From NCBI GenBank assembly GCA_040220235.1, contig JAVJTO010000151.1: a DNA stretch of 58,053 nucleotides; one strand, 5' to 3'. The position numbers and the translations under genes are program-made. This DNA comes from Coleofasciculus sp. B1-GNL1-01 (lineage in GTDB: Bacteria > Cyanobacteriota > Cyanobacteriia > Cyanobacteriales > Coleofasciculaceae). Each line of letters opens with the position of its first letter. Within the stretch, counting starts at the first letter, position 1. The notes below the pieces were generated by a model. The model searched no databases, was not told the origin of the DNA, and saw only the letters and a program-made list of their open reading frames with translations. Shown here piece by piece: positions 39,905 through 48,817 of this stretch.

Positions 39905-39956
39905 AGCCGAGAAATAAATTTCCGGAACCTAAAGCTGAAACCCGTTAAAACGGGTT
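39905..39956 (-). repeat. Double-hairpin REP-like element, copy B (partial duplicate at 39844-39880)
   Basis: agccgagaaataaatttccggaacctaaagctgaaacccgttaaaacgggtt; taaatcaagccg repeated with a 54 bp period. Confidence 0.85.
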
Positions 39957-39986
39957 GAATTATTAGGATGCATGTCAACTTTATAA

Positions 39987-40101
39987 TGGCATGGCACACC
40001 TAACTTGAGGGATTAGAATTACGTCCGAAAACTGTAGGGGCGCACTGACGTGCGCCCAAAAAACCATCAAATCTATTCCACCATTTTAGCTGTATCAGTC
40101 C
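39987..40101 (-). mobile_element. MITE-like element, second copy of the 32335 family
   Basis: Reverse complement aligns with 32335-32450; central gtaggggcgcac..gtgcgccc hairpin. Confidence 0.75.
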
Positions 40102-40227
40102 GCCATCGTGAGGAGAGCGAAGCGTAACGCACTATTACTCAAGGTATCATGCTTATTAAAGCTAACTTATACTATTAGTCAGTATTGCGTCTGTCTCAAT
40201 TCCCAATCCCAATCCCCAATCAAAATC

Positions 40228-41645
40228 ATGGCAACAACGAACCAAGAACGAGAAAAGCGAATCGCTGTTGAGCGGATTGTTGGATTTGCCAAACAATTTG
40301 GGGAAGCCCATCTAAATCTAGCTTGTCACGCCGCATTTCCTCTAGTTCTCACCCCTGACTTACTCTACCAAATTTGGGCAACCTTCATCCCGGAAACACC
40401 TTGGGCGGCGGTAGCGCGGGTGCTGCTGTCGCGTTTATGTCGGCAGGTTGGCTATGAGATGTATGAGATGGATATTCCGGTTCGCAATCTGTTACTCAGA
40501 GAATTGAAAGAACAGTTTGGGCAGCAAAGATTGGAGGAATTGGGTGCATTTTTGATTGATTATGTAGCGCAGCAGCTTACTGAATATGATCCGGCTACGC
40601 AAGATTTACGAGAGGCGCAGGAATGGACGGCGTTGGCGTATACGCAACCTGCTGAAGCAGGGCGAAAATTGGCAGAGGTTCTCAGTGAAACTGTGAAAGG
40701 AGAGAACATAGATAAGCTGAAGGAATTGTCTGCGCGGTGGTTGAGTTGACTCGCATTGGTCGTCAGGCAAATGAACAGCAATGGTATAAGGGAATTGCTT
40801 ACCGTTTAATCAGTGAATTACGACTTGCGTCTCGGTTCAATTGGCGACAGTGGTGGGCTGAGCATGAATCTTTATCGCCTGTACAACGCTTAGGTAAGTT
40901 TATTGAGGAAGTCTTGTTAGCTATTATTCCTCAACCCATTGTTATTTTTATCGATGAAATTGATTGTCTACTGAGCTTAAGTTTTCCGACTGATGATCTT
41001 TTTGCCCTAATCTGCCACTGCTATAACAGACGTGACCAGAATCCAGAGTACAAGCGTTTGACGTTTGCGCTGTTGGGTGTAGCCACGCCCTCTGATTTGA
41101 TTCAAGATAAGACAAAAACACCTTTTAATATTGGTCAAGCGATTGAATTACGTGGTTTTAGCCTAGACGAAGCGATGGCGTTAACACGGGGATTAGAAGG
41201 TAAAGTAGAAAAGCCTCGATCTGTCCTCAGAGAAATTCTGAAATGGACAAACGGTCACCCTTTTTTGACTCAAAAGCTTTGTCGGATTACCCAAATGATT
41301 ATCTATACTATTCCTGCTGGTAGTGAAGCACAGAACATCAAAAACTTAGTCAGGTCGCAAATCATTGAAAATTGGGAAGAAAACGATCATCCTGAACATC
41401 TGAGAACCATTCGCGATCGCATAGTCAAAAGTAATAAGATTGGTGCAGAATCATTACTTCGCTATTATCAGCAAATTTTACGAATAGGAGAAATATTAGC
41501 TGATGATAGTCCTGAGCAAAAAGAATTATGCTTATCAGGTTTAGTGGTTAAGCGCAATGGTAAGTTAACGGTCTAAAATTTAATTTATAAATCTATATTT
41601 AATAAGGATTGGGTCAAAGATGAGTTAGCCAAAATTTCTAGGTAA
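40228..41645 (+). pseudogene. Disrupted effector gene: conserved N-terminal domain fused to an AAA_35-like STAND domain (frameshift/deletion plus nonsense codon)
   Basis: ORF1 40228-40749 (LACHAAFPLVLTPDLLYQIW..YEMDIPVRNLLL). A second frame begins abruptly at AEGIVCAVVELTRIG with Walker B IFIDEID and WTNGHPFLTQKLC but no Walker A. TAA at 41574 is followed in frame by NLIYKSIFNKDWVKDELAKISR*. Confidence 0.8.
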
Positions 41646-41744
41646 AAACTGAAATCAGTATTCCCGATATCTTGCCTAATGGTCATCAAATTAATGGGGT
41701 GTATAAAACACGCGATCGCACCCTCCATAATCATTCTCTCTACC

Positions 41745-41915
41745 AACCCGTTTTAACGGGTTTCAGCTTTGAGCCGGAAATTTATTTCCAGGCTAAATCT
41801 TGTGGCGAGAAAGACCAACTTGTTGTAATGGCTTTCGCCTCTGGCTAAATCTTATGGCGAGAACGACCAACCCGTTTTAACGTTTGCCTTAGCTTTGAGG
41901 AAACGTATTTCCAGG
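41745..41915 (+). repeat. Double-hairpin REP-like elements, copies C (41745-41794) and D (degenerate, 41869-41915)
   Basis: aacccgttttaacgggtttcagctttgagccggaaatttatttccaggct; 29 bp duplication at 41791/41843. Confidence 0.85.
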
Positions 41916-41924
41916 AGTAATCAC

Positions 41925-42344
41925 TCACTTATTCACCTCAAAATCCCGTTCCAACGCGGGAATTGCCGTGCCATTTAAATGGTGCGTCTTCTGGTTTAGC
42001 ACATAAGCCTTCGCCTCTTCCAACTGTTTACCTCCCAAAGTAAACACCCCATATCCGTGCTGCCAACTAAACGCCAAAGAAGAAGCCGATGGCTGATGAT
42101 TCAAATGATACGCACTACTCCCTTTAATTGTCTTGACAAAATCGGCAACGGATAACTTTGGAGGAATTGAAACCACTAGATGAATATGATCCGCCATACC
42201 GCCAATCCCATGGAGAATACAACCAATCCCATCAGCCTTGCCAATAATATAACGGTATAATTCAGATTCTCGCTCTGGAGTAATCAGAGGTTGACGGGAT
42301 TCTGTTGCCCAAATGATATGGTAGTAGGTGCGCCATAAGGACAT
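41925..42344 (-). CDS. Stand-alone HUH (Y1) transposase, IS200/IS605 TnpA-like, probably REP-associated (RAYT-like)
   Basis: YYHIIWAT, HUH motif DHIHLVV, KTIKGSSA, WQHGYGVF and catalytic YVLNQKTHH; no tnpB; flanked by multiple palindromic repeats. Confidence 0.9.
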   Translation of the reverse strand: MSLWRTYYHIIWATESRQPLITPERESELYRYIIGKADGIGCILHGIGGMADHIHLVVSIPPKLSVADFVKTIKGSSAYHLNHQPSASSLAFSWQHGYGVFTLGGKQLEEAKAYVLNQKTHHLNGTAIPALERDFEVNK

Positions 42345-42357
42345 TATTTTTACAGAA

Positions 42358-42450
42358 GTGAGCTAGGAAATAGGTGAGCTAGGAGGTGAGCTAGGAGGTG
42401 AGCTAGGAAATAAATTTCCAGCTCAAAGCTTAAACCCGTTAAAACGGGTT
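42358..42450 (-). repeat. Double-hairpin REP-like element, copy E (42401-42450), with 4x GTGAGCTAGGA
   Basis: agctaggaaataaatttccagctcaaagcttaaacccgttaaaacgggtt; tandem units at 42358, 42374, 42386 and 42398. Confidence 0.85.
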
Positions 42451-42564
42451 CAAAGATTTACCAGAGCCGATAAACGTGTGATTATTATGAATAGTGTTGT
42501 GCCTAATCGAGATTATACCTTATTTCTCTGTGGGCTAAGATCTCAGAGCGATCGCGTCAGCACC

Positions 42565-42805
42565 AAACCGGGAACCTGTCAGTGAGTAAGGCTTTCAACC
42601 CGTTTTAACGGGTTTCAGCTTTTAGCCGGAACTTTAGTTCCAGGCTTAAATCAACGCCACTCACTACTTACTTAAATGGCTCAAAACCGGGAACCTCTCA
42701 GTGAATAAGGCTTCCAACCCGTTTTAACGGGTTTTAGCTTTTAGCCGGAACTTGAGTTCCAGGCTTAAACTGACTGACGCCACTCACCACTTAATTAGCT
42801 CAAAA
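42565..42805 (-). repeat. Two ~119 bp tRNA-linked tandem units, each holding a double-hairpin REP (copies F 42597-42646, G 42716-42765)
   Basis: aaaccgggaacct.tcagtga.taaggctt.caacccgttttaacgggttt.agcttttagccggaactt.agttccaggcttaaa...acgccactcac occurs twice, directly abutting the tRNA-Pro 3' end. Confidence 0.88.
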
Positions 42806-42879
42806 TCGGGATGACAGGATTTGAACCTGCGACCCCCTCGTCCCGAACGAGGTGCGCTACCAAGCTGCGCTACATCCCG
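42806..42879 (-). tRNA. tRNA-Pro(CGG)
   Basis: Reverse complement CGGGATGTAGCGCAGCTTGGTAGCGCACCTCGTTCGGGACGAGGGGGTCGCAGGTTCAAATCCTGTCATCCCGA. Confidence 0.97.
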
Positions 42880-42950
42880 TAATATCTCATCCATCCTACC
42901 ACAGACTTGCTAGGATTAACACTGGTACTTTCGTGGGAGCATGTTCAGGA

Positions 42951-43829
42951 GTGGTCGTTAAACCTGAATGGTTAAGAGTCAAAGCACCGCAATGGCAGCG
43001 TGTGGGCAACGTTAAGGATATCTTACGGGATTTGGCACTGAATACCGTTTGTGAGGAAGCCTCTTGTCCCAATATCGGTGAGTGCTTCAATGCTGGCACT
43101 GCTACCTTTTTAATTATGGGACCTGCCTGTACCCGTGCCTGTCCCTACTGCGATATTGATTTCGAGAAGAAACCCAAACCCCTTGATCCTACAGAACCTA
43201 CCCGATTGGCGGAAGCGGTAGGGCGACTGAAACTTCAGCATGTGGTAATTACTTCGGTGAATCGGGATGATTTACCTGATGGGGGTGCTTCTCAGTTTGT
43301 CCATTGCATTGAAGCGATTCGCGCTATCTCGCCTCAAACCACCATCGAGGTATTAATTCCAGATTTGTGTGGCAATTGGGATGCCCTAGAAACCATTCTC
43401 CAAGCTAAACCCGAAGTCCTCAACCATAATACCGAAACCGTCCCCCGACTCTATAGACGAGTACGTCCTCAAGGAGATTATCCGCGATCGCTTGAACTTC
43501 TTCAACGCACTCATGAACTCGCCCCCTGGATTTACACCAAATCTGGCATCATGGTGGGATTAGGCGAAACTGACGCCGAAGTGCGCCAAGTTATGCAAGA
43601 TATGCGAGCCGTCAATTGTGATATTCTCACCATTGGGCAATATCTTCAACCTACTCAAAAGCACTTAGGTGTGACTGACTTTATCACCCCAGAACAGTTT
43701 GATATGTGGCGAGAGTTTGGCGAATCTATCGGCTTTCTACAAGTTGTCTCCTCTCCCCTCACCCGCAGTTCCTATCATGCTGGAGAAGTGAGATCATTAA
43801 TGAAGCGTTATCCCCGACAAGCGGTGTAG
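42951..43829 (+). CDS. lipA: Lipoyl synthase (likely GTG start at 42951)
   Basis: [28 protein letters not shown] radical-SAM motif and RSSYHA. Confidence 0.96.
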   Translation: MVVKPEWLRVKAPQWQRVGNVKDILRDLALNTVCEEASCPNIGECFNAGTATFLIMGPACTRACPYCDIDFEKKPKPLDPTEPTRLAEAVGRLKLQHVVITSVNRDDLPDGGASQFVHCIEAIRAISPQTTIEVLIPDLCGNWDALETILQAKPEVLNHNTETVPRLYRRVRPQGDYPRSLELLQRTHELAPWIYTKSGIMVGLGETDAEVRQVMQDMRAVNCDILTIGQYLQPTQKHLGVTDFITPEQFDMWREFGESIGFLQVVSSPLTRSSYHAGEVRSLMKRYPRQAV

Positions 43830-43879
43830 GGTGTGGGGTGTGGGGTGTAGGGAACAATTAAACCCATCTCGCGGCTCAA

Positions 43880-44028
43880 TAAGTAGTCGGACAAAAGAAA
43901 ATGGTACTGTATTAAGTTTTACAAATCGCCCTCAAACCCTTACTGTTCCCTGTGACACACCGAGCGCAGCCGAGGTGTTCCCTGTTCCCTGATCTCAACC
44001 GTTAAGTTTAATTGTGTCCACCTACTTA
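43880..44028. mobile_element. MITE (34229 family) carrying TGTTCCC STRR units and an SDR5-like insert
   Basis: taagtagtcggacaaaagaaaa ... tgtccacctactta. Confidence 0.78.
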
Positions 44029-44111
44029 GTGATTAAGAACTTGGACGCCAGAAAATGCATTTCTTCCAGCCTAAAGTTCAAGTAAGCTTTAGCTGACTCG
44101 GTAAATCTTTG

Positions 44112-44179
44112 AACCCGTTTTAACGGGTTTTAGCTTTTAGCCCGAACTTTAGTTCAGGGCTGACTTTAGTTCAGGGCTG
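44112..44179 (+). repeat. Double-hairpin REP-like element, copy H, with 17 bp duplication overlapping the DUF3593 stop codon
   Basis: aacccgttttaacgggttttagcttttagcccgaactttagttcagggctg-actttagttcagggctg. Confidence 0.85.
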
Positions 44180-44470
44180 ACTGGAGCGTGACTTTTGAAT
44201 AATCGCTTGGCGAAAACCTAAAACGACCAAAATATTAGATAGGGTGAGAAAAAACTCAGCACTCCCATGCAACCAATCAACATTGGCTAATTGTTCCCCA
44301 AACGCAACCTTGGCATAAATTCCCGCCGGAATCGTAACGCCAACAAACACCAATAGCGCATAAAATCCAATAAGTGCTAACCGTGGAGTTTGTCCAGAAC
44401 GAGTGATAAACCACAAAAAACCCAAGTAAGGGAATAAGGAAACCGCAAATAAAGTATCTTTAGAAATCAT
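44171..44470 (-). CDS. DUF3593 family membrane protein
   Basis: LFAVSLFPYLGFL, LLVFVGVTIPAGI and LANVDWLHGSAEFFLTLSN; follows DUF2499 gene. Confidence 0.88.
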   Translation of the reverse strand: MISKDTLFAVSLFPYLGFLWFITRSGQTPRLALIGFYALLVFVGVTIPAGIYAKVAFGEQLANVDWLHGSAEFFLTLSNILVVLGFRQAIIQKSRSSQP

Positions 44471-44590
44471 CACATTACATTCACAGAACATAGGGGCGCA
44501 TAGACGTGCGCCCTTATTAGTTTGTCACCGAATCGGATTGATTTTGCAAAAAATAAAGTCATCTATCGTATCACTAAACGGGTAGTTTAG

Positions 44591-44944
44591 CTAAACAGCA
44601 TCAACAGGCGTCTTAGATTTTTCCGATTCGCTGCTATCACTCTGATCAGCTTTTCGCGAACAGCGCCAAATCCACCAAGCGGCGGTACAAAGGGTAACAT
44701 TTCCTAATACCGTCATCGAGGCTTGCAGGGTAACTAACCAATCCAACGATTCAGGATTGTCAAAAAAGTGCCAGGTACAAGCACACATCGCACCGACTAA
44801 GGCAGGAAACATGGCACAAGATAATGCCCACCAGTAACGATTGCCTGTAATGTCACCATAACTCCAGATTAACCAGATAGCGGCAATCCATTCGATAACG
44901 CTAGAGACGTGAATGATCCATGTTGGAACTGAAAGGGCATGCAT
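44591..44944 (-). CDS. DUF2499 / Ycf49-like membrane protein
   Basis: MHALSVPTWIIHVSSVIEW, AMCACTWHFFDN and WLVTLQA motifs. Confidence 0.9.
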   Translation of the reverse strand: MHALSVPTWIIHVSSVIEWIAAIWLIWSYGDITGNRYWWALSCAMFPALVGAMCACTWHFFDNPESLDWLVTLQASMTVLGNVTLCTAAWWIWRCSRKADQSDSSESEKSKTPVDAV

Positions 44945-45100
44945 AGAAACAGTTTACTTGACGCGATCGCACAACCTCAATCATTCTAACCCCCACTGTC
45001 GCTCTTTTGCCTTAGGTCTAAAACAGTATGTAAATAGCTGATCGCGCCCTCGACTCTGGCACAATACAATAACGGAGGGGACTTAATACAGAACAAACGA

Positions 45101-46618
45101 ATGGCGCGTACCCCAAAATTAACTTTTGACCGGGGAACTCTACTCCTTCATCCACCCCCACGGGGTAAGGCGTGGGTGGATTATGCGACGTGGGATGATC
45201 GGGTGGAAAAGTTTCGGATTCCAGGGATGCACTATCGTCCCCTGGTGGAAGTGCTGCAAGCCTCTGAGGTTGATTTTATTGATGATGCGAAGGAATTTAT
45301 TCCTTTGGAGTTGGTTTGCAGCTTTGAGATGGAACCCTATCCCCATCAACAAGAAGCCTTATTAGCCTGGAAATTAGCAGGGCGTCGCGGGGTGGTGGTA
45401 TTACCTACCGCCGCCGGAAAAACCTATCTGGCTCAACTGGCGATGCAATCGACGCCTCGCAGTACGTTAATTGTTGTACCCACCTTGGATTTAATGCATC
45501 AATGGTACGCCCAGCTAGAAGCTGCGTTTCCGGATGTGGAGGTAGGATTACTCGGCGGAGGTTCGCGCGATCGCACGCCAATCCTAATTGCCACCTATGA
45601 TAGCGCCACAATTCACGCCGAATCCCTGGGAAATCAATACGGATTGTTAATATTTGACGAATGTCACCACCTACCCACCGACTTTTATCGGGCAATTGCT
45701 GAATACGCGATCGCACCTTACCGACTCGGACTTACCGCTACCCCGGAGCGTACTGATGGGCGTCATAATGACTTAGATGGATTAATCGGTCAACAGGTCT
45801 ATCGCAAAAGCCCAGATGACTTGGCTGGGTTAGCCTTGGCGGAACATAAGGTGGTGCAGATTAAAGTAAAACTATCACACCAAGAGCGCGATCGCTACGA
45901 TGCTTGTCTGAAACTGCGGAATAATTTTTTAAGAGAGTCAAATATTTACCTCGGTAGTATTAACGGATGGCAACGGTTTGTGCAAGCTAGTGCGGGTTCT
46001 CAACAAGGGCGTCGCGCTATGTTAGCGCATCGGGAATCTAAGGAAATTGCTTTAGGAACGGAAGGGAAATTACGAGTATTAGCCGATTTAGTCGCGAAAC
46101 ATTATCCGGAACGGATCTTGGTCTTCACGAATGATAATGCCACAGTTTATCGGATTTCCCAAGAATTTCTGATTCCTGCGATTACTCACCACACTCCCGT
46201 CAAAGAACGTCACGAGATTCTCCAACGATTTCGCGAGGGAGACTATAAAATCTTAGTCGCCTCCCATGTTTTAAATGAAGGCGTTGATGTTCCTGATGCA
46301 CGAGTGGCGATTATTTTATCGGGAACAGGTTCAGAACGGGAATATGTGCAGCGATTAGGGCGAGTGTTACGCAAGGGAACGGATCAGAATAAGTTGGCGA
46401 TATTGTATGAAGTTGTTGCAGAAAATACCAGTGAAGAGGGAACATCGCAACGGCGACGCGGTTCCAGTGGAAAAGGCAAAGCTAAACCCAAACCTAAACC
46501 CAAGGAAGTGGAAAAGCCGAAGCATCGACAGTTGGAAATCTTACCTTCTCAACCTTACGAAGTGAAACCTTCTAAGTCCCCGAAAGCTGCCGAGTCTCCG
46601 GGTAAGTATGACGTATGA
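45101..46618 (+). CDS. SF2 DEAD/DEAH (XPB/Rad25-like) helicase
   Basis: LPTAAGKT, FDECHHL, LGLTATPER, LNEGVDVP and QRLGRVLR motifs. Confidence 0.92.
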   Translation: MARTPKLTFDRGTLLLHPPPRGKAWVDYATWDDRVEKFRIPGMHYRPLVEVLQASEVDFIDDAKEFIPLELVCSFEMEPYPHQQEALLAWKLAGRRGVVVLPTAAGKTYLAQLAMQSTPRSTLIVVPTLDLMHQWYAQLEAAFPDVEVGLLGGGSRDRTPILIATYDSATIHAESLGNQYGLLIFDECHHLPTDFYRAIAEYAIAPYRLGLTATPERTDGRHNDLDGLIGQQVYRKSPDDLAGLALAEHKVVQIKVKLSHQERDRYDACLKLRNNFLRESNIYLGSINGWQRFVQASAGSQQGRRAMLAHRESKEIALGTEGKLRVLADLVAKHYPERILVFTNDNATVYRISQEFLIPAITHHTPVKERHEILQRFREGDYKILVASHVLNEGVDVPDARVAIILSGTGSEREYVQRLGRVLRKGTDQNKLAILYEVVAENTSEEGTSQRRRGSSGKGKAKPKPKPKEVEKPKHRQLEILPSQPYEVKPSKSPKAAESPGKYDV

Positions 46619-46666
46619 TAGAGGTTGGTAGTTGCGCTTGAGCGCTAAAAATATTCCCATCGCTAC

Positions 46667-47033
46667 TATAAGTGCCATTCAGATTAAGTCCGTTTTTAAC
46701 GCAGAGGGACGCAGAGGTTAGCGCAGAGGTTCGCAGAGGAAGTTTGAGTAAAAAATTTAACATTTTATAGGATTTGAGAAACAACTGGAAACGATATATA
46801 GCAGTCGCCAAGGCGATTAGGACACAGCAAAATGCTGAAACCTTGACCAGTCAATCTTTTCCCTTCTGCCTTCTGCCCTCTGCCCTCTGCCCTCTGCCTT
46901 TTGCGATAAGTACCTGGACATAAATTCTGTCCGCTGTACTAAGAAACGTTAAGAAGCTTCAAACTCTTACTGTTGCCTGTTGCCTGTTGCCTAATCTCAA
47001 CCGTTAACTTTAATGAAATGTCCTATTTCTTTA
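46667..47033. mobile_element. Stack of three abutting MITE-like elements (about 46667-46800, 46797-46908, 46907-47033)
   Basis: TA-rich shared junctions; internal arrays CGCAGAGG x4, TCTGCCC/TCTGCCT x5 and TGTTGCC x3; third element belongs to the 34229 family. Confidence 0.65.
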
Positions 47034-47043
47034 ACTATGAGTA

Positions 47044-48366
47044 ATGATTGTGTTTATTAAACTTTTGATCAAACTCGTCAAACTGGCTTTGGCTATCAGT
47101 TTAGTGTTTCCGGCAGTTTATTTTAGAACGCCATGGTTGGCAAGTTTAAGAGGTGAGGCATTTGGTTTGGTCTTTATCCTTAGTTTAGGATTAATTGTTT
47201 CGGAAATTGCAGGCTGGGCGAGAAATTCAAGCAAAAGACAAGTTATTCTCAGCGTTTTGATTTTAGCGATCGCGTCATTCAGTTTTTCTTTGGCGGTGAC
47301 GACAGAAGTTAAGTTCCAGTTGACTAAACAAGCGATTCTCAATCGAGAAGCCAGCCAACTGGAAACTCTGGGTCAGCATTTTATCGTGGGTTATCGCAAT
47401 CTTGAGGAGGTGAAAATTCTGGTTGAAAAAGGCGCGATCGCGGGTGTCTTTATCACTAGACGAAATATTCAGAATAAAACCCCAGACGAAATCCAGCAAG
47501 AAATCCAATCGTTACAAGCCATTCGCGCCAATCAGGGGTTATCGCCATTGTGGATCGCCACGGATCAAGAAGGTGGTATTGTCTCGCGATTATCTCCACC
47601 TTTAACTAAATTACCTCCCTTATCATCAATTATTGAAAAAGATATCGATAGTGCCAAAGAAGACGTTATCCGCTATGCTAGTATTCAGGGCAAAGAATTG
47701 TCGGAAATTGGTATTAATTTAAACTTTGCCCCAGTCGTGGATTTAAATTATGGGGTTATCAGTTCTGAAGATAAGTATTCTAAAATTTATCTGAGAGCCA
47801 TATCTGCCGATAAAGATATTGTGGCTAAGGTGGCATTATGGTATTGCCAAACCTTAGCTGACTATGGCGTAACCTGTACCATTAAACATTTCCCTGGATT
47901 GGGACGAGTGGATACGGATACCCATCTTGAGGATGCTCAATTGAAAACGTCGGTAGCGGAATTAACCCAAGCAGACTGGATGCCATTTCGGGAAGTTATG
48001 AGCAAAACAAACGCCTTTACGATGTTGGGACACGCTCAATTAATTGCCGTTGATCCTGACCATCCTGTATCGTTTTCTCAACAAGTTGTTACAGACATTA
48101 TTCGAGACAAATGGCAGCATAATGGCATTCTGATTACAGATGATTTTAGTATGCATGCGGTTTATAGCAGTCAAGATGGGTTGGAGGCGGCTACGGTAAA
48201 AGCCATCAACGCTGGAGTTGATTTAATCTTGATGGCTTACGACACCGATTTGTATTACAACGCGATGAATGCTTTGCTTCAGGCCGAATCAGCTAATCGT
48301 TTAGATATTACCGTTCTGAAAAGAAGTAATACAAGACTCAAGCAAGCTATCAGGAAAATATTATGA
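47044..48366 (+). CDS. GH3 beta-N-acetylhexosaminidase-like protein with N-terminal TM helices
   Basis: IATDQEGG, NFAPVVDL, KHFPGLG..DTH, ITDD and AGVDLIL motifs. Confidence 0.9.
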   Translation: MIVFIKLLIKLVKLALAISLVFPAVYFRTPWLASLRGEAFGLVFILSLGLIVSEIAGWARNSSKRQVILSVLILAIASFSFSLAVTTEVKFQLTKQAILNREASQLETLGQHFIVGYRNLEEVKILVEKGAIAGVFITRRNIQNKTPDEIQQEIQSLQAIRANQGLSPLWIATDQEGGIVSRLSPPLTKLPPLSSIIEKDIDSAKEDVIRYASIQGKELSEIGINLNFAPVVDLNYGVISSEDKYSKIYLRAISADKDIVAKVALWYCQTLADYGVTCTIKHFPGLGRVDTDTHLEDAQLKTSVAELTQADWMPFREVMSKTNAFTMLGHAQLIAVDPDHPVSFSQQVVTDIIRDKWQHNGILITDDFSMHAVYSSQDGLEAATVKAINAGVDLILMAYDTDLYYNAMNALLQAESANRLDITVLKRSNTRLKQAIRKIL

Positions 48367-48817
48367 ATTATGAAGAAATAAGGAACGGTGAGGCGTGAAT
48401 TAATAAGAAATGGCAACATTGGCAACATGTCCTGATCGCATAAAATTATTTATGTATTGAGAAACATATCAAACGCATCCTTCAGTTGACCCTCAGCGAC
48501 CACAAGAACATCAGTTCTGCAAAGGCGCTGAGGTTTTTTACATGCATTTAAAATAGTGGAATCGGTTGTAGGTTGGGTTGACGCCAGAAAATAAACACCT
48601 GAAAGACACTTGTAGAGGTGATCCGCATACATCAATTAACAGCTATCGCCCACTCAATTTGATCGGGTGTCCTCTGCTGAAACCGTTGAGTTAGTAGAAC
48701 AAATAGGGTAACTGGTACGTCCATGACATGGAGGAATACGTTAGTGAAAAATACTCATGATTCGTCAAACTGAATAAGTTGTGTTAAATTTACGTGTTTA
48801 AGCAAGAAAAAACGGCA

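Noticed and set aside
40700..40760. Programmed frameshift joining the two effector fragments
   Set aside because: No slippery heptamer is visible, Walker A would still be missing, and a second nonsense codon exists downstream.
41745..42805. CRISPR array next to a nuclease-like gene
   Set aside because: Repeats occur in both orientations with irregular spacing, the intervening DNA in the tandem units is itself duplicated, and there are no cas genes.
42852..42950. N-terminal extension of LipA in the ORF track
   Set aside because: It overlaps tRNA-Pro; LipA similarity starts at GTG 42951.
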